Below are positions 35,843 through 43,847 of a stretch of 64,000 nucleotides of DNA, piece by piece. The position numbers and the translations under genes are program-made. The DNA is from an uncultured Bacteroidales bacterium (GTDB lineage Bacteria > Bacteroidota > Bacteroidia > Bacteroidales > Paludibacteraceae). Location: positions 1,619 to 65,618 of the forward strand of contig CAKUYO010000010.1 of NCBI GenBank assembly GCA_934716995.1, in the 5' to 3' direction. The notes under the pieces are model-generated. The model did not search any database and was not told the origin of the DNA. It was given only the letters and a program-made list of their open reading frames with translations. Positions within the stretch are counted from its first letter, which is position 1. Each line of letters starts with the position of its first letter.

Positions 35843-36588
35843 GCAGGAAGCCGCTGTTGATACTTTTCGCACTGCTGCCCCTGTGTGTTTCAGCACAGGA
35901 GCAGCAGTCGGAGTTTTCTACCAAAGAGGAGAAAGGGAAAGAAAAGACCTCACGCAACCGCGTTTTCACCGGTTTCTCGGGCGGAATGATGTTGCACTTG
36001 GGGTATGCGTTCTCGCAGTCACCCGACGAGTTGTTCCGCAATCCGTCACTGATGACGGACAAGAACCTGCCCAAGAGCGGTGTAACGATGGGCATAGGCG
36101 GTGCATTGCGCGTACACCTACTGAACCATATTCACATCGGTTCGGAGGGGTTTGTCAGCACAATGCCGCTGATGAAAACCGGCAGCCAAATACGCACAGG
36201 GTACGGCGGTATCCTGTGTGATTATTACGGTCATTGGGGAAAGAAAGTACGTCCGATAGCAGGAATAACCGTCGGCGGAGGAAGTACGAGCCGGCTGTAT
36301 GTACCATACGACGGAGAAATTGTAGAAGGCAAAGAGGACAAAGAGGGACAGACCACCGAATACAATGCGTCGTACACCAAGACACCCTTTTTTATGCTTG
36401 ACCCGTATATAGGATTAGAGTTTTCGCTGAACAACCATATCTCGCTGCTCACACGGATAGACTGGGTGCTGCCTTTCGGGGCAAAGGGGTCGAAACTGAG
36501 CCATCAGGACGTATCGTGGCGCAACTATGCGGCACCAAGCGGACCGCGGTTGTATATCGGATTTATGTTCGGACACTTACAGAGATAA
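35839..36588 (+). CDS. outer-membrane beta-barrel-like protein, unknown function
   Basis: Signal peptide MSRKPLLILFALLPLCVSAQ. The ATG overlaps the deoD stop. Track ORF 35473 is an out-of-frame extension over deoD. Confidence 0.65.
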   Translation: MSRKPLLILFALLPLCVSAQEQQSEFSTKEEKGKEKTSRNRVFTGFSGGMMLHLGYAFSQSPDELFRNPSLMTDKNLPKSGVTMGIGGALRVHLLNHIHIGSEGFVSTMPLMKTGSQIRTGYGGILCDYYGHWGKKVRPIAGITVGGGSTSRLYVPYDGEIVEGKEDKEGQTTEYNASYTKTPFFMLDPYIGLEFSLNNHISLLTRIDWVLPFGAKGSKLSHQDVSWRNYAAPSGPRLYIGFMFGHLQR

Positions 36589-36637
36589 TTTGTAAATTTG
36601 TAAATTTGTAAATTAAATACTTATAATTTTGTAAACA
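36588..36637 (+). repeat. tttgtaaa-word array
   Basis: aatttgtaaatttgtaaatttgtaaattaaatacttataattttgtaaac. Confidence 0.9.
36624..36631 (+). promoter_or_regulatory. -7 box (taattttg)
   Basis: About 18 nt upstream of the yidC ATG, embedded in the repeat. Confidence 0.45.
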
Positions 36638-36649
36638 AACACATAGTAA

Positions 36650-38569
36650 ATGGATAAAAACACTTGGATTGGCTTTCTATTGATAGCCTTGATTATCATC
36701 GGTTTCTCGTGGATCGGGCGCCCGTCGAAAGAGGAACTGGCAGAGCGTCAACGCATACACGACAGCATTGCGCTGGCACAACAGATGGAGCAGGAAGCAC
36801 AGTTTCTCTCCGACCAGATTACCGCCCAACTGCAGGCAGATTCGGTGCGTCAGAACGAGCAGAACATCAACGAAGACCTGCAGAACAAACTGCAAGCCAC
36901 CTACGGCGCTTTTGCCGTATCGGCACAAGGCGAGAACAAAGCCACCGTACTTGAAAACGGAAAGATACGCCTCCATATAGACAGCAAAGGCGGACGTATC
37001 GCACGTGCGGAACTGAAAGAATACAAAGCATACGGCGACAGTGTGAACCCGCTGTGCCTGTTCCGTGCCGATGAGGCAAAGCAGAGTTTCACCCTTATCA
37101 CGGCGAACAACCGTATTCTGCAAACCGCCAACCTGTATTTCGAGCCGATCGAACCGGAGATAGGTACGCTCATTATGCGTCTGCATACCGACAGGGAGGA
37201 CGCCTATTTGGACTTTGTCTATACTATCACGGAAGACGATTATATGGTGCGTATGGCTATTCAGGCGCACAATATGCAGTCGGTGCTGGCACAGAACGTG
37301 AACTCGCTCGATATGCAATGGCGGCAACTCATACCGCAACAGGAACGCGGGCGCAAGTTTGAGGAACGCTATGCGCAACTGCAATATATGCTGGCGGGCG
37401 GCGATATGGAGAAACTGTCCGAAAGCAAGCACGACAGCAAGAAAGAGAATGCCAAAGTGCGCTGGATCGGCTACAAAGACCAGTTCTTCTCCACGGTGAT
37501 GATTGCCGATGATGCCTTCACCTCATCGGTATTCGAATCCACTCCGCAAGACAAACACAGCCGCTACATCAAGGAATACAGCACCACGACGGGCGTTGCC
37601 TTCGATGTAACCGGACAGAAAGAGACGGCTTTCCGCTATTTCTTCGGTCCGAACCACTACAACACCCTCAAAGCCTACGACAAAGACGTGGACAAAGCCG
37701 ACCGCCTGCACCTGCAGGAACTGGTGCCACTGGGCTGGAAAGTGGTCAGTTGGATTGACAAGATTCTGGTCATCCCGATGTTCGACCTCTTCACCTCGTG
37801 GGGTTTGCATATCGGTTTGGTGATTCTGCTAATGACGCTGGTTATCAAACTGATCATCCTGCCCTTTGTGTTCGCTTCCTATAAGTCGAGCGCCAAAATG
37901 CGCGTACTCAAACCGCAGTTGGACGAGATCAATGCCAAATACCCGCCCGAGAAGATGCAGGAACGCCAGCAGGCGACGATGGCACTCTATCAGCGTGCAG
38001 GCGTCAGTCCGATGTCGGGCTGTCTGCCGATGCTGTTCCAGTTCCCGATTGTGATGGCAATGTTCTGGTTCTTCCCGACGGCTATCGAGTTGCGCGGCAA
38101 GTCGTTCCTTTGGGCTGACGACCTCTCCACCTACGACACGATCATCTCGTGGGGAACGAATATCCCGCTGCTTGGCGACCACCTGAGCCTGTTCTGTCTG
38201 TTGATGACTATCACCAACTTCCTATACACCTACATCACGATGCAGACGCAGTCCACCGACCCGAGTATGAAATTTATGAAGTGGATGATGTACCTGATGC
38301 CGTTGATGTTCCTCTTTGTATTCAACGACTACGCTGCCGGTTTGAGTTACTACTACCTGCTGTCGCTGTTCTTCACTATCCTGCAGACAATGATTTTCCG
38401 TTGGGCTATCAACGACAAGAAACTGCTGGCACAGATGGAGGCTAACGCCAAGAAGAAAGGCAACGGACAGAAGAAATCAGGATTTATGGAACGCTTGGAG
38501 AAGATGCAACGCGAGCAACAACGTATGGCACGCGAGAACGCCAAAGCACAAGCCAAGAAAATGCGATGA
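36650..38569 (+). CDS. yidC: membrane protein insertase YidC
   Basis: N-terminal anchor, a large periplasmic domain, and a C-terminal 5-TM core (GCLPMLFQFPI...). Confidence 0.95.
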   Translation: MDKNTWIGFLLIALIIIGFSWIGRPSKEELAERQRIHDSIALAQQMEQEAQFLSDQITAQLQADSVRQNEQNINEDLQNKLQATYGAFAVSAQGENKATVLENGKIRLHIDSKGGRIARAELKEYKAYGDSVNPLCLFRADEAKQSFTLITANNRILQTANLYFEPIEPEIGTLIMRLHTDREDAYLDFVYTITEDDYMVRMAIQAHNMQSVLAQNVNSLDMQWRQLIPQQERGRKFEERYAQLQYMLAGGDMEKLSESKHDSKKENAKVRWIGYKDQFFSTVMIADDAFTSSVFESTPQDKHSRYIKEYSTTTGVAFDVTGQKETAFRYFFGPNHYNTLKAYDKDVDKADRLHLQELVPLGWKVVSWIDKILVIPMFDLFTSWGLHIGLVILLMTLVIKLIILPFVFASYKSSAKMRVLKPQLDEINAKYPPEKMQERQQATMALYQRAGVSPMSGCLPMLFQFPIVMAMFWFFPTAIELRGKSFLWADDLSTYDTIISWGTNIPLLGDHLSLFCLLMTITNFLYTYITMQTQSTDPSMKFMKWMMYLMPLMFLFVFNDYAAGLSYYYLLSLFFTILQTMIFRWAINDKKLLAQMEANAKKKGNGQKKSGFMERLEKMQREQQRMARENAKAQAKKMR

Positions 38570-39312
38570 AACATCTGCTTATACTGACAGCCCTGTGCTC
38601 TTTGAGCATAGGGCTGTTTGCTGAAAACATAGCAACGGACAACGGTCGTACAGCGGAAAACGATATTCAGTTGGACAATACTACCGTCAAACCACGCTAC
38701 ACATTTGGCGATTTCTTCGATGCGCTGGATCTGCCGACGGTGCTGGGTGCGGGTATCACACCCAACGGCATAGAAGGGGCTACTTTCAACTCCTCTATGC
38801 GTCTCGGCTGGCGACACCACAAGAGTTACGGTACGTTTGTTTTTATCTCATTTGACACCCACAGCAACACCTATGACTCGCTGTGCATTGCCGGCACCAA
38901 TGTCCGCACCGGTGAAGTATGGTACTATGAAATCGGAATGGGTGTCGGGTACAGGATACCGTTGGTAAAAGATATCCGCGCGTTCTACGAGAAGCCGTAT
39001 TTCAACCATTGGGATTTTTTTGTTTCGATCGAACCGGGAGTGTCTATTCCGTACGTCAAGACAGTGGAACCATTAGACGGAACAGGCGAAGCATACCAAC
39101 TGAAAGACCGTTTTTCTGCGGTTCCCACCCTGCGTTTTGCCGCAGGCGTGGAATGGTTCATCGTGCATAATTTTGGTGTCTTTGCCGAAGCGGCATATAT
39201 TCAGCACCTTACCCCGACCATTATAGAGCAGGCCGCCATTGATCAAGGCCGTATCAAAGCCCCGTCGGGACCGATAGTCCTGTCGATAGGTCTGTCGCTT
39301 TTCTTCAACTAA
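38566..39312 (+). CDS. secreted/outer-membrane protein, unknown function
   Basis: Signal peptide MKHLLILTALCSLSIGLFA. The start overlaps the yidC stop (ATGA). Confidence 0.65.
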   Translation: MKHLLILTALCSLSIGLFAENIATDNGRTAENDIQLDNTTVKPRYTFGDFFDALDLPTVLGAGITPNGIEGATFNSSMRLGWRHHKSYGTFVFISFDTHSNTYDSLCIAGTNVRTGEVWYYEIGMGVGYRIPLVKDIRAFYEKPYFNHWDFFVSIEPGVSIPYVKTVEPLDGTGEAYQLKDRFSAVPTLRFAAGVEWFIVHNFGVFAEAAYIQHLTPTIIEQAAIDQGRIKAPSGPIVLSIGLSLFFN

Positions 39313-39334
39313 AGCACCTACGAAATACAAAAAA

Positions 39335-39368
39335 ACAGAGACTGCCACATAGACAGTCTCTGTTTTTT
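39335..39368 (+). terminator. intrinsic terminator
   Basis: 10-bp stem acagagactg/cagtctctgt followed by tttttt. Confidence 0.85.
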
Positions 39369-39376
39369 ATATAAAA

Positions 39377-39574
39377 GTGCCGTACAGCCACTCACTCGAG
39401 AAAACTCCTAAAGAATAGGATTTGGAGTGTACCATCTCTCTGTAATCCGACCACCTCCACCGCTCTCCGACTTGCGTCGGGTCATCGCAGGCGAGTATCG
39501 GCACGCCATTGGTCAGGCATTTACCCCGGTTGATTTTATTTGTTGAGTTTTCCGGTCTCTGTGCTGTACGACAC
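39377..39574 (-). ncRNA. candidate structured RNA (~198 nt), family not identified
   Basis: 12-bp terminal helix (39377-39388 with 39563-39574) and a 9-bp second helix. The two non-Watson-Crick positions are C-A on the plus strand but G-U on the minus strand. The internal hairpin ccgac-GCAA-gtcgg has a GNRA loop only on the minus strand. Confidence 0.4.
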
Positions 39575-39580
39575 CTATTT

Positions 39581-39617
39581 CAATGCGTAATGCATAATGC
39601 ACAATGCTTAATGCATA
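39581..39617 (-). repeat. gcattgt-word array (rc)
   Basis: caatgcgtaatgcataatgcacaatgcttaatgcata. Confidence 0.85.
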
Positions 39618-39655
39618 TTTTTCTATTTTTCTTGCCGCGTACGTGGCGTGTGGAC
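39615..39655 (-). repeat. caagaaaaatagaaaaatat element
   Basis: atatttttctatttttcttgccgcg... is identical over 22 nt to 12364-12385. Confidence 0.75.
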
Positions 39656-39659
39656 TATA

Positions 39660-41090
39660 TCAATCCCGCGTATGCCACCCCAACGTAAGCACTATACGGT
39701 GCGTTTGCGTGCGCATATCGTATGGTGTTGCCAACTGGTGCGCATAAAGGTTGATACCTTGCAGACCTAACTGGTATGCTGCTTGTGCTACAAAAACCTT
39801 GCCACGATAGCCCACTCCCAAACTGATATATTGCGTACGGCGTATATTTTGGAAATACGTATCCGTGCGCACGGCATCATAGGCGTGTTCCACGATATCC
39901 TCCTGCTTGCGGAATGTCGATTCGTACACATAACCCGCATTGATAAACAGATTATTAACAGGCACTATCTCCAAACCGGCACGCAAACTATGCACATCAT
40001 TCATATTCTTCTGGTGCTGATAGTCGTACTGGAACGAGAGCAGACCATATTGCTTCATCTGGAAAGCCACACTCACACTGCTGCGCAGCGGCATACGGAA
40101 ACCCGATACGGACGAAGAATTGGTAGGTGTACCGCTTGAGCGCAGGGAATCGGTGGTGGCACTCAGCGTACCGCTATTGCCTACGGCAAGCGTGCTGGCA
40201 GTAGGTGTTTGGATAGATGCCCCCAAGCGCAGACATTCCACAGGGCGGTAGATAATACCAAACGAACCGTTCACGCCGATACCCGACATCGTCAGATCGG
40301 TCTTGTTCAGCAAGTCGCCGCCCTCGCCGAACTGCTCGTAGTATTCCGCCGCCTGGCTGTACGAGTACGAAAGCATCCGTACCCCCGCACCCAGATAGAC
40401 CCTGTTGGAGATATTCATCGCCCAATCCAGTCCGTACTGATTGACATACCCGTATTCACGAATACGGAGCGAGTTGCTGACCGTCTCCCCGTCCAGCAGC
40501 ACAGTTGTCCATTGGTCGCCTCCCGCCTCGGTCGGGTTGATCAGATATGTATCATATCCCTGGCAACTGAGCCAGCCCACATTCGCATCATTCCAACGCC
40601 CCGCAGGCTGCAAAGCCGTCTCTTGCAAGCCGTTGGTATTCATACAAATCACATCCGCCAGCGAAGTTGTCTGCCCCGTAGCCGCTGCCGCAAAAGAGCG
40701 GTTGAACGTACGCAGACGCGAGTAGGAGAACATAAAATTATCATAGATCACGCCACGTTCTTTGTACGGGTCGCCAAAGGCGAACACCCACGAGGCTTGC
40801 GGAGCCGCAAAATAGTTGGTTTGTTTCCAATCCGCTCCCGCCTGGTGCGTCCTGTCGTATCGCTCGTCAAACGAGATCATCACCTCCATACGGCGGTACA
40901 ATCCCAATCCGGCAGGATTATCTTTTACTGCCGACGGGTCGCCGCCAACAGCCGTCATCGCACCGCCCATACCCACATAACGCGCCGTCCCCGTGAGTTC
41001 CTGCTCACTGAGACGCTGCGTGTCTTGTGCGGAAAGGGCGGTTGCACCTGCCGCACAAAGCAAAAGGGCTATATAACGAATACGATTCAT
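39660..41090 (-). CDS. OmpP1/FadL/TodX-like outer-membrane barrel protein
   Basis: Signal peptide and the N-terminal motif YVGMGGAMTAVGGDPSAVKDNPAGLG. Confidence 0.65.
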   Translation of the reverse strand: MNRIRYIALLLCAAGATALSAQDTQRLSEQELTGTARYVGMGGAMTAVGGDPSAVKDNPAGLGLYRRMEVMISFDERYDRTHQAGADWKQTNYFAAPQASWVFAFGDPYKERGVIYDNFMFSYSRLRTFNRSFAAAATGQTTSLADVICMNTNGLQETALQPAGRWNDANVGWLSCQGYDTYLINPTEAGGDQWTTVLLDGETVSNSLRIREYGYVNQYGLDWAMNISNRVYLGAGVRMLSYSYSQAAEYYEQFGEGGDLLNKTDLTMSGIGVNGSFGIIYRPVECLRLGASIQTPTASTLAVGNSGTLSATTDSLRSSGTPTNSSSVSGFRMPLRSSVSVAFQMKQYGLLSFQYDYQHQKNMNDVHSLRAGLEIVPVNNLFINAGYVYESTFRKQEDIVEHAYDAVRTDTYFQNIRRTQYISLGVGYRGKVFVAQAAYQLGLQGINLYAHQLATPYDMRTQTHRIVLTLGWHTRD

Positions 41091-41092
41091 AC

Positions 41093-41383
41093 TTATTGGC
41101 GTTTGATGACTGCTTTTATTACGGTAGCATCGTTCCGTGTAACGGAATCCTCAATAAAAGTGATTTCCGTTTGCCTGTTGCTGGCAGATGTATCGGCGAC
41201 TCCTTCCTGCGGCTCCTGATACTCCTCTGTCTCATTGTTGTCATTGTCAAACAATGGCGCAGATTGCGTCCGCTGCGGGGTGTCCCAATAGTACACATCG
41301 TCGACGTAGTCGTCCGCACGGGCAGACAATGCCAACCCTGCAACCACCACCGACAAAGCCACTATGTACCGATACAGTTTCAC
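41093..41383 (-). CDS. small secreted acidic protein
   Basis: Signal peptide (M)KLYRYIVALSVVVAGLALSARA, GTG start, 2 nt upstream of the barrel gene. Confidence 0.55.
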   Translation of the reverse strand: MKLYRYIVALSVVVAGLALSARADDYVDDVYYWDTPQRTQSAPLFDNDNNETEEYQEPQEGVADTSASNRQTEITFIEDSVTRNDATVIKAVIKRQ

Positions 41384-41432
41384 TATTATTCTATTATTCT
41401 ATCTTTCTATTATTCTATATCTTATATTCTGC
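41384..41432. repeat. ttctat-word array
   Basis: tattattctattattctatctttctattattctatatcttatattctg fills the trpS-to-next-gene spacer and covers the trpS stop. Confidence 0.85.
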
Positions 41433-42411
41433 GAAAACCGATAATCTGTCGAACCTCTTCAATGGTCTTTTCGGCACGCTCCGAAGCACGCTCCGCACCC
41501 ATTTTCAGCACTTTGGCGAGGTATTCGTCATCGTTCTGATAAGCCACAATCTTCTCGCGGATAGGCGCACAGAACGCATTGATATCGTGTGCCAACTGTT
41601 TCTTCATATCACCGTAGCGGATAGTCATACCGTTGTATGCATCGTTGAAATAGTCGTAGGTCTGCTTGTCCGACACCAGTTCCATCAGAGTAAACAGGTT
41701 CTGTATCACCTCGGGCTTTTCCTGATTGAGCATCGTCGGTCCCGCATCGGTAACAGCACGCATCACTTTCTTTTTAATAGTCTCTTCGTCATCGCACAAG
41801 TAGATCGCATTGCCTTCCGATTTTCCCATTTTGCCTGTTCCGTTCAGTCCCGGCACTTTCACCGCCTTCTGATTAAAATAAAAAGACTCCGGTTCTTTGA
41901 AATACTCCACCTCATAAATACGGTTGAAACGACGCGCACAAAGGCGAGCCATCTCCATATTCTGTTCCTGGTCCTTTCCTACAGGCACTTTGTCAGCCTT
42001 GTGCATCAATATATCCGCAGCCATCAACGTCGGATAAGTCAACAAACCTGCATTCACATTATCAGGGTTCTGGCGCACTTTTTCCTTGAAACTCGTAACG
42101 CGTTCCAACTCGCCGAGATAGGTATTCATATTGAAATAGAGGTACAACTCCAGCACTTGCTTCACATCGCTTTGTGCATATAGTGGTGCTTTCTCGGGAT
42201 CGATACCGCATGCCAAGTATTCCGAAAGAATCGTTTTAACCGAATTGCGGATATTTTCGGGTTTGGGGTGTGTAGTGAGAGAGTGCCAATCCGCAATAAA
42301 GAACATACAATCATACTCATTTTGCATTTGTACAAAACTCTTTACTGCACCGAAATAATTACCCAAATGCAGATTTCCGGTAGGACGGATGCCACTAATC
42401 ACTCTTTCCAT
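41422..42411 (-). CDS. trpS: tryptophan--tRNA ligase
   Basis: GIRPTGNLHLGNY (HIGH-type motif) and GTGKMGKS (KMSKS-type motif). Confidence 0.95.
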   Translation of the reverse strand: MERVISGIRPTGNLHLGNYFGAVKSFVQMQNEYDCMFFIADWHSLTTHPKPENIRNSVKTILSEYLACGIDPEKAPLYAQSDVKQVLELYLYFNMNTYLGELERVTSFKEKVRQNPDNVNAGLLTYPTLMAADILMHKADKVPVGKDQEQNMEMARLCARRFNRIYEVEYFKEPESFYFNQKAVKVPGLNGTGKMGKSEGNAIYLCDDEETIKKKVMRAVTDAGPTMLNQEKPEVIQNLFTLMELVSDKQTYDYFNDAYNGMTIRYGDMKKQLAHDINAFCAPIREKIVAYQNDDEYLAKVLKMGAERASERAEKTIEEVRQIIGFRRI

Positions 42412-42464
42412 ATTCTATCATTCTATCTTTCTATTTTTCTATTTTTCTATCTTTCTATTATTCC
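42411..42464. repeat. ttctat-word array
   Basis: tattctatcattctatctttctatttttctatttttctatctttctattattcc fills the lrp-trpS spacer. Confidence 0.9.
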
Positions 42465-42919
42465 ACTCCGATCGGCAGGGTGCGGTTGATACGCTGGTCA
42501 AGCGAAGTCAGGGTCTCGGTGTTTGCCACGCCGGGAATCTCCTGTATCTTCGAGTTGAGCAACTCCATCAGATGCTGGTCGTCTTTTGCATACAACTTGA
42601 TGAGCATCGAATAAGCCCCCAGCGTAAACTGCGACTCCACAATCTCCGGTATCTTCTCCAACTCGGCACTCACCGACTTGTACATCGATGCCTTGGTCAG
42701 CATTATGCCCACATACACGCACAACTGATAGCCCAACATCTTCGGATTTACCTGATAACCGGAGCCTACAATCACTCCGTTATCAAACATTTTCTGTACG
42801 CGCTGATGCACAGCCGCACGACTCACTCCGCACATCTCTGCCACCTCTTTGAAAGGAATGCGTGCATTCTGTGTAATCACACTCAGGATCTTGCGATCCA
42901 AATCGTCTATTTTTTCCAT
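42458..42919 (-). CDS. Lrp/AsnC-family transcriptional regulator
   Basis: N-terminal HTH LDRKILSVITQNARIPFKEVAEMCGVSRAAVHQRVQKM plus an AsnC-type ligand domain. Confidence 0.9.
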   Translation of the reverse strand: MEKIDDLDRKILSVITQNARIPFKEVAEMCGVSRAAVHQRVQKMFDNGVIVGSGYQVNPKMLGYQLCVYVGIMLTKASMYKSVSAELEKIPEIVESQFTLGAYSMLIKLYAKDDQHLMELLNSKIQEIPGVANTETLTSLDQRINRTLPIGVE

Positions 42920-43029
42920 AACTGTTTGATGTATTGCCTGTTCTATTCAAAAATCGTACCTATTGTAACAAAAACACCGATTTTCCCTGCAAAATTACTG
43001 TTTTTTTTGCACACCTACAAGTTTTTTAG

Positions 43030-43037
43030 TACTTTTG
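43030..43037 (+). promoter_or_regulatory. -7 box (tacttttg)
   Basis: About 19 nt upstream of the ATG at 43057. Confidence 0.5.
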
Positions 43038-43056
43038 CATATCGCTTTATGGAAAA

Positions 43057-43689
43057 ATGACACTCAACGACTACATAGAAGCCCATTCGTCAAAAGAAAA
43101 TGACGCTTTGGCATTCATCACCCGCGACACCAACGTCCACATTCTCAACCCGCACATGCTCTCGGGGCAGGTGCAAGGTCGTTTGCTCTCTCTATTGAGC
43201 AAGATGATCCGCCCCAACCATATACTCGAGTTAGGCACCTTTACCGGCTATTCCGCCCTCTGTCTGGCGGAGGGGCTATCCCACAGCGGCACCCTGCTCA
43301 CCATTGAGCATAACGACGAACTCGAAGATACCATTCGCCGCAACTTGTCGTTATCGCTTCTTGGAGAGAAAATCACATTGCGCATCGGGGATGCCAAAGA
43401 AATACTCCCCACCCTGCAAGGCACGCTTTTCGACCTCGTTTTTATGGATGCCGACAAACGCGAATACTGCACATATCTCGACCTGGTCTGTCCGCTTGTA
43501 CCCGTAGGCGGCTGGCTCATCGCTGACAACACCCTTTGGGACGGGCATATCATCGATCCTGCCTACGACAAGGACAAACAAACCCTCGGGCTGCGCGCTT
43601 TCAACGACCGTCTGGCACAAGACCCGCGCTTCGAGCAAGTCATTCTCCCTCTCCGCGACGGCTTGACCATCATCCACAAAATCCGATAG
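43057..43689 (+). CDS. class I SAM-dependent O-methyltransferase (family 3, YrrM/TrmR-like)
   Basis: ILELGTFTGYSALCLAEG, FMDADKREY, ADNTLWDG. Confidence 0.85.
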   Translation: MTLNDYIEAHSSKENDALAFITRDTNVHILNPHMLSGQVQGRLLSLLSKMIRPNHILELGTFTGYSALCLAEGLSHSGTLLTIEHNDELEDTIRRNLSLSLLGEKITLRIGDAKEILPTLQGTLFDLVFMDADKREYCTYLDLVCPLVPVGGWLIADNTLWDGHIIDPAYDKDKQTLGLRAFNDRLAQDPRFEQVILPLRDGLTIIHKIR

Positions 43690-43781
43690 GTCTCTCTCCT
43701 TATATAATTATACCCGTTGGTTTCCGTTGCAGCCGTATTCGGCTGCAAGCAGGACGATCACGTTTTCGCTCTATAGACAAT

Positions 43782-43815
43782 AAAAAAACGGCTCCCCATT
43801 CCCATGGAAAGCCGT
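43782..43815 (-). terminator. intrinsic terminator for the EF-G paralogue
   Basis: Stem acggct/agccgt with an A7 run on the plus strand, which is a T-run after the hairpin on the minus strand. Confidence 0.6.
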
Positions 43816-43847
43816 CAACCAACATTAAAATATAAGTGAAAAACAAA

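Noticed and set aside
39377-39574. Identifying the candidate RNA as SRP (4.5S) RNA, RNase P RNA or tmRNA.
   Set aside because: There is no GGAAGCAGC-type SRP domain IV motif around the GNRA loop. There is no GAGGAAAGTCC or ACAGAA RNase P motif and no tRNA-like CCA end. The length also does not fit. The RNA is kept as unclassified.
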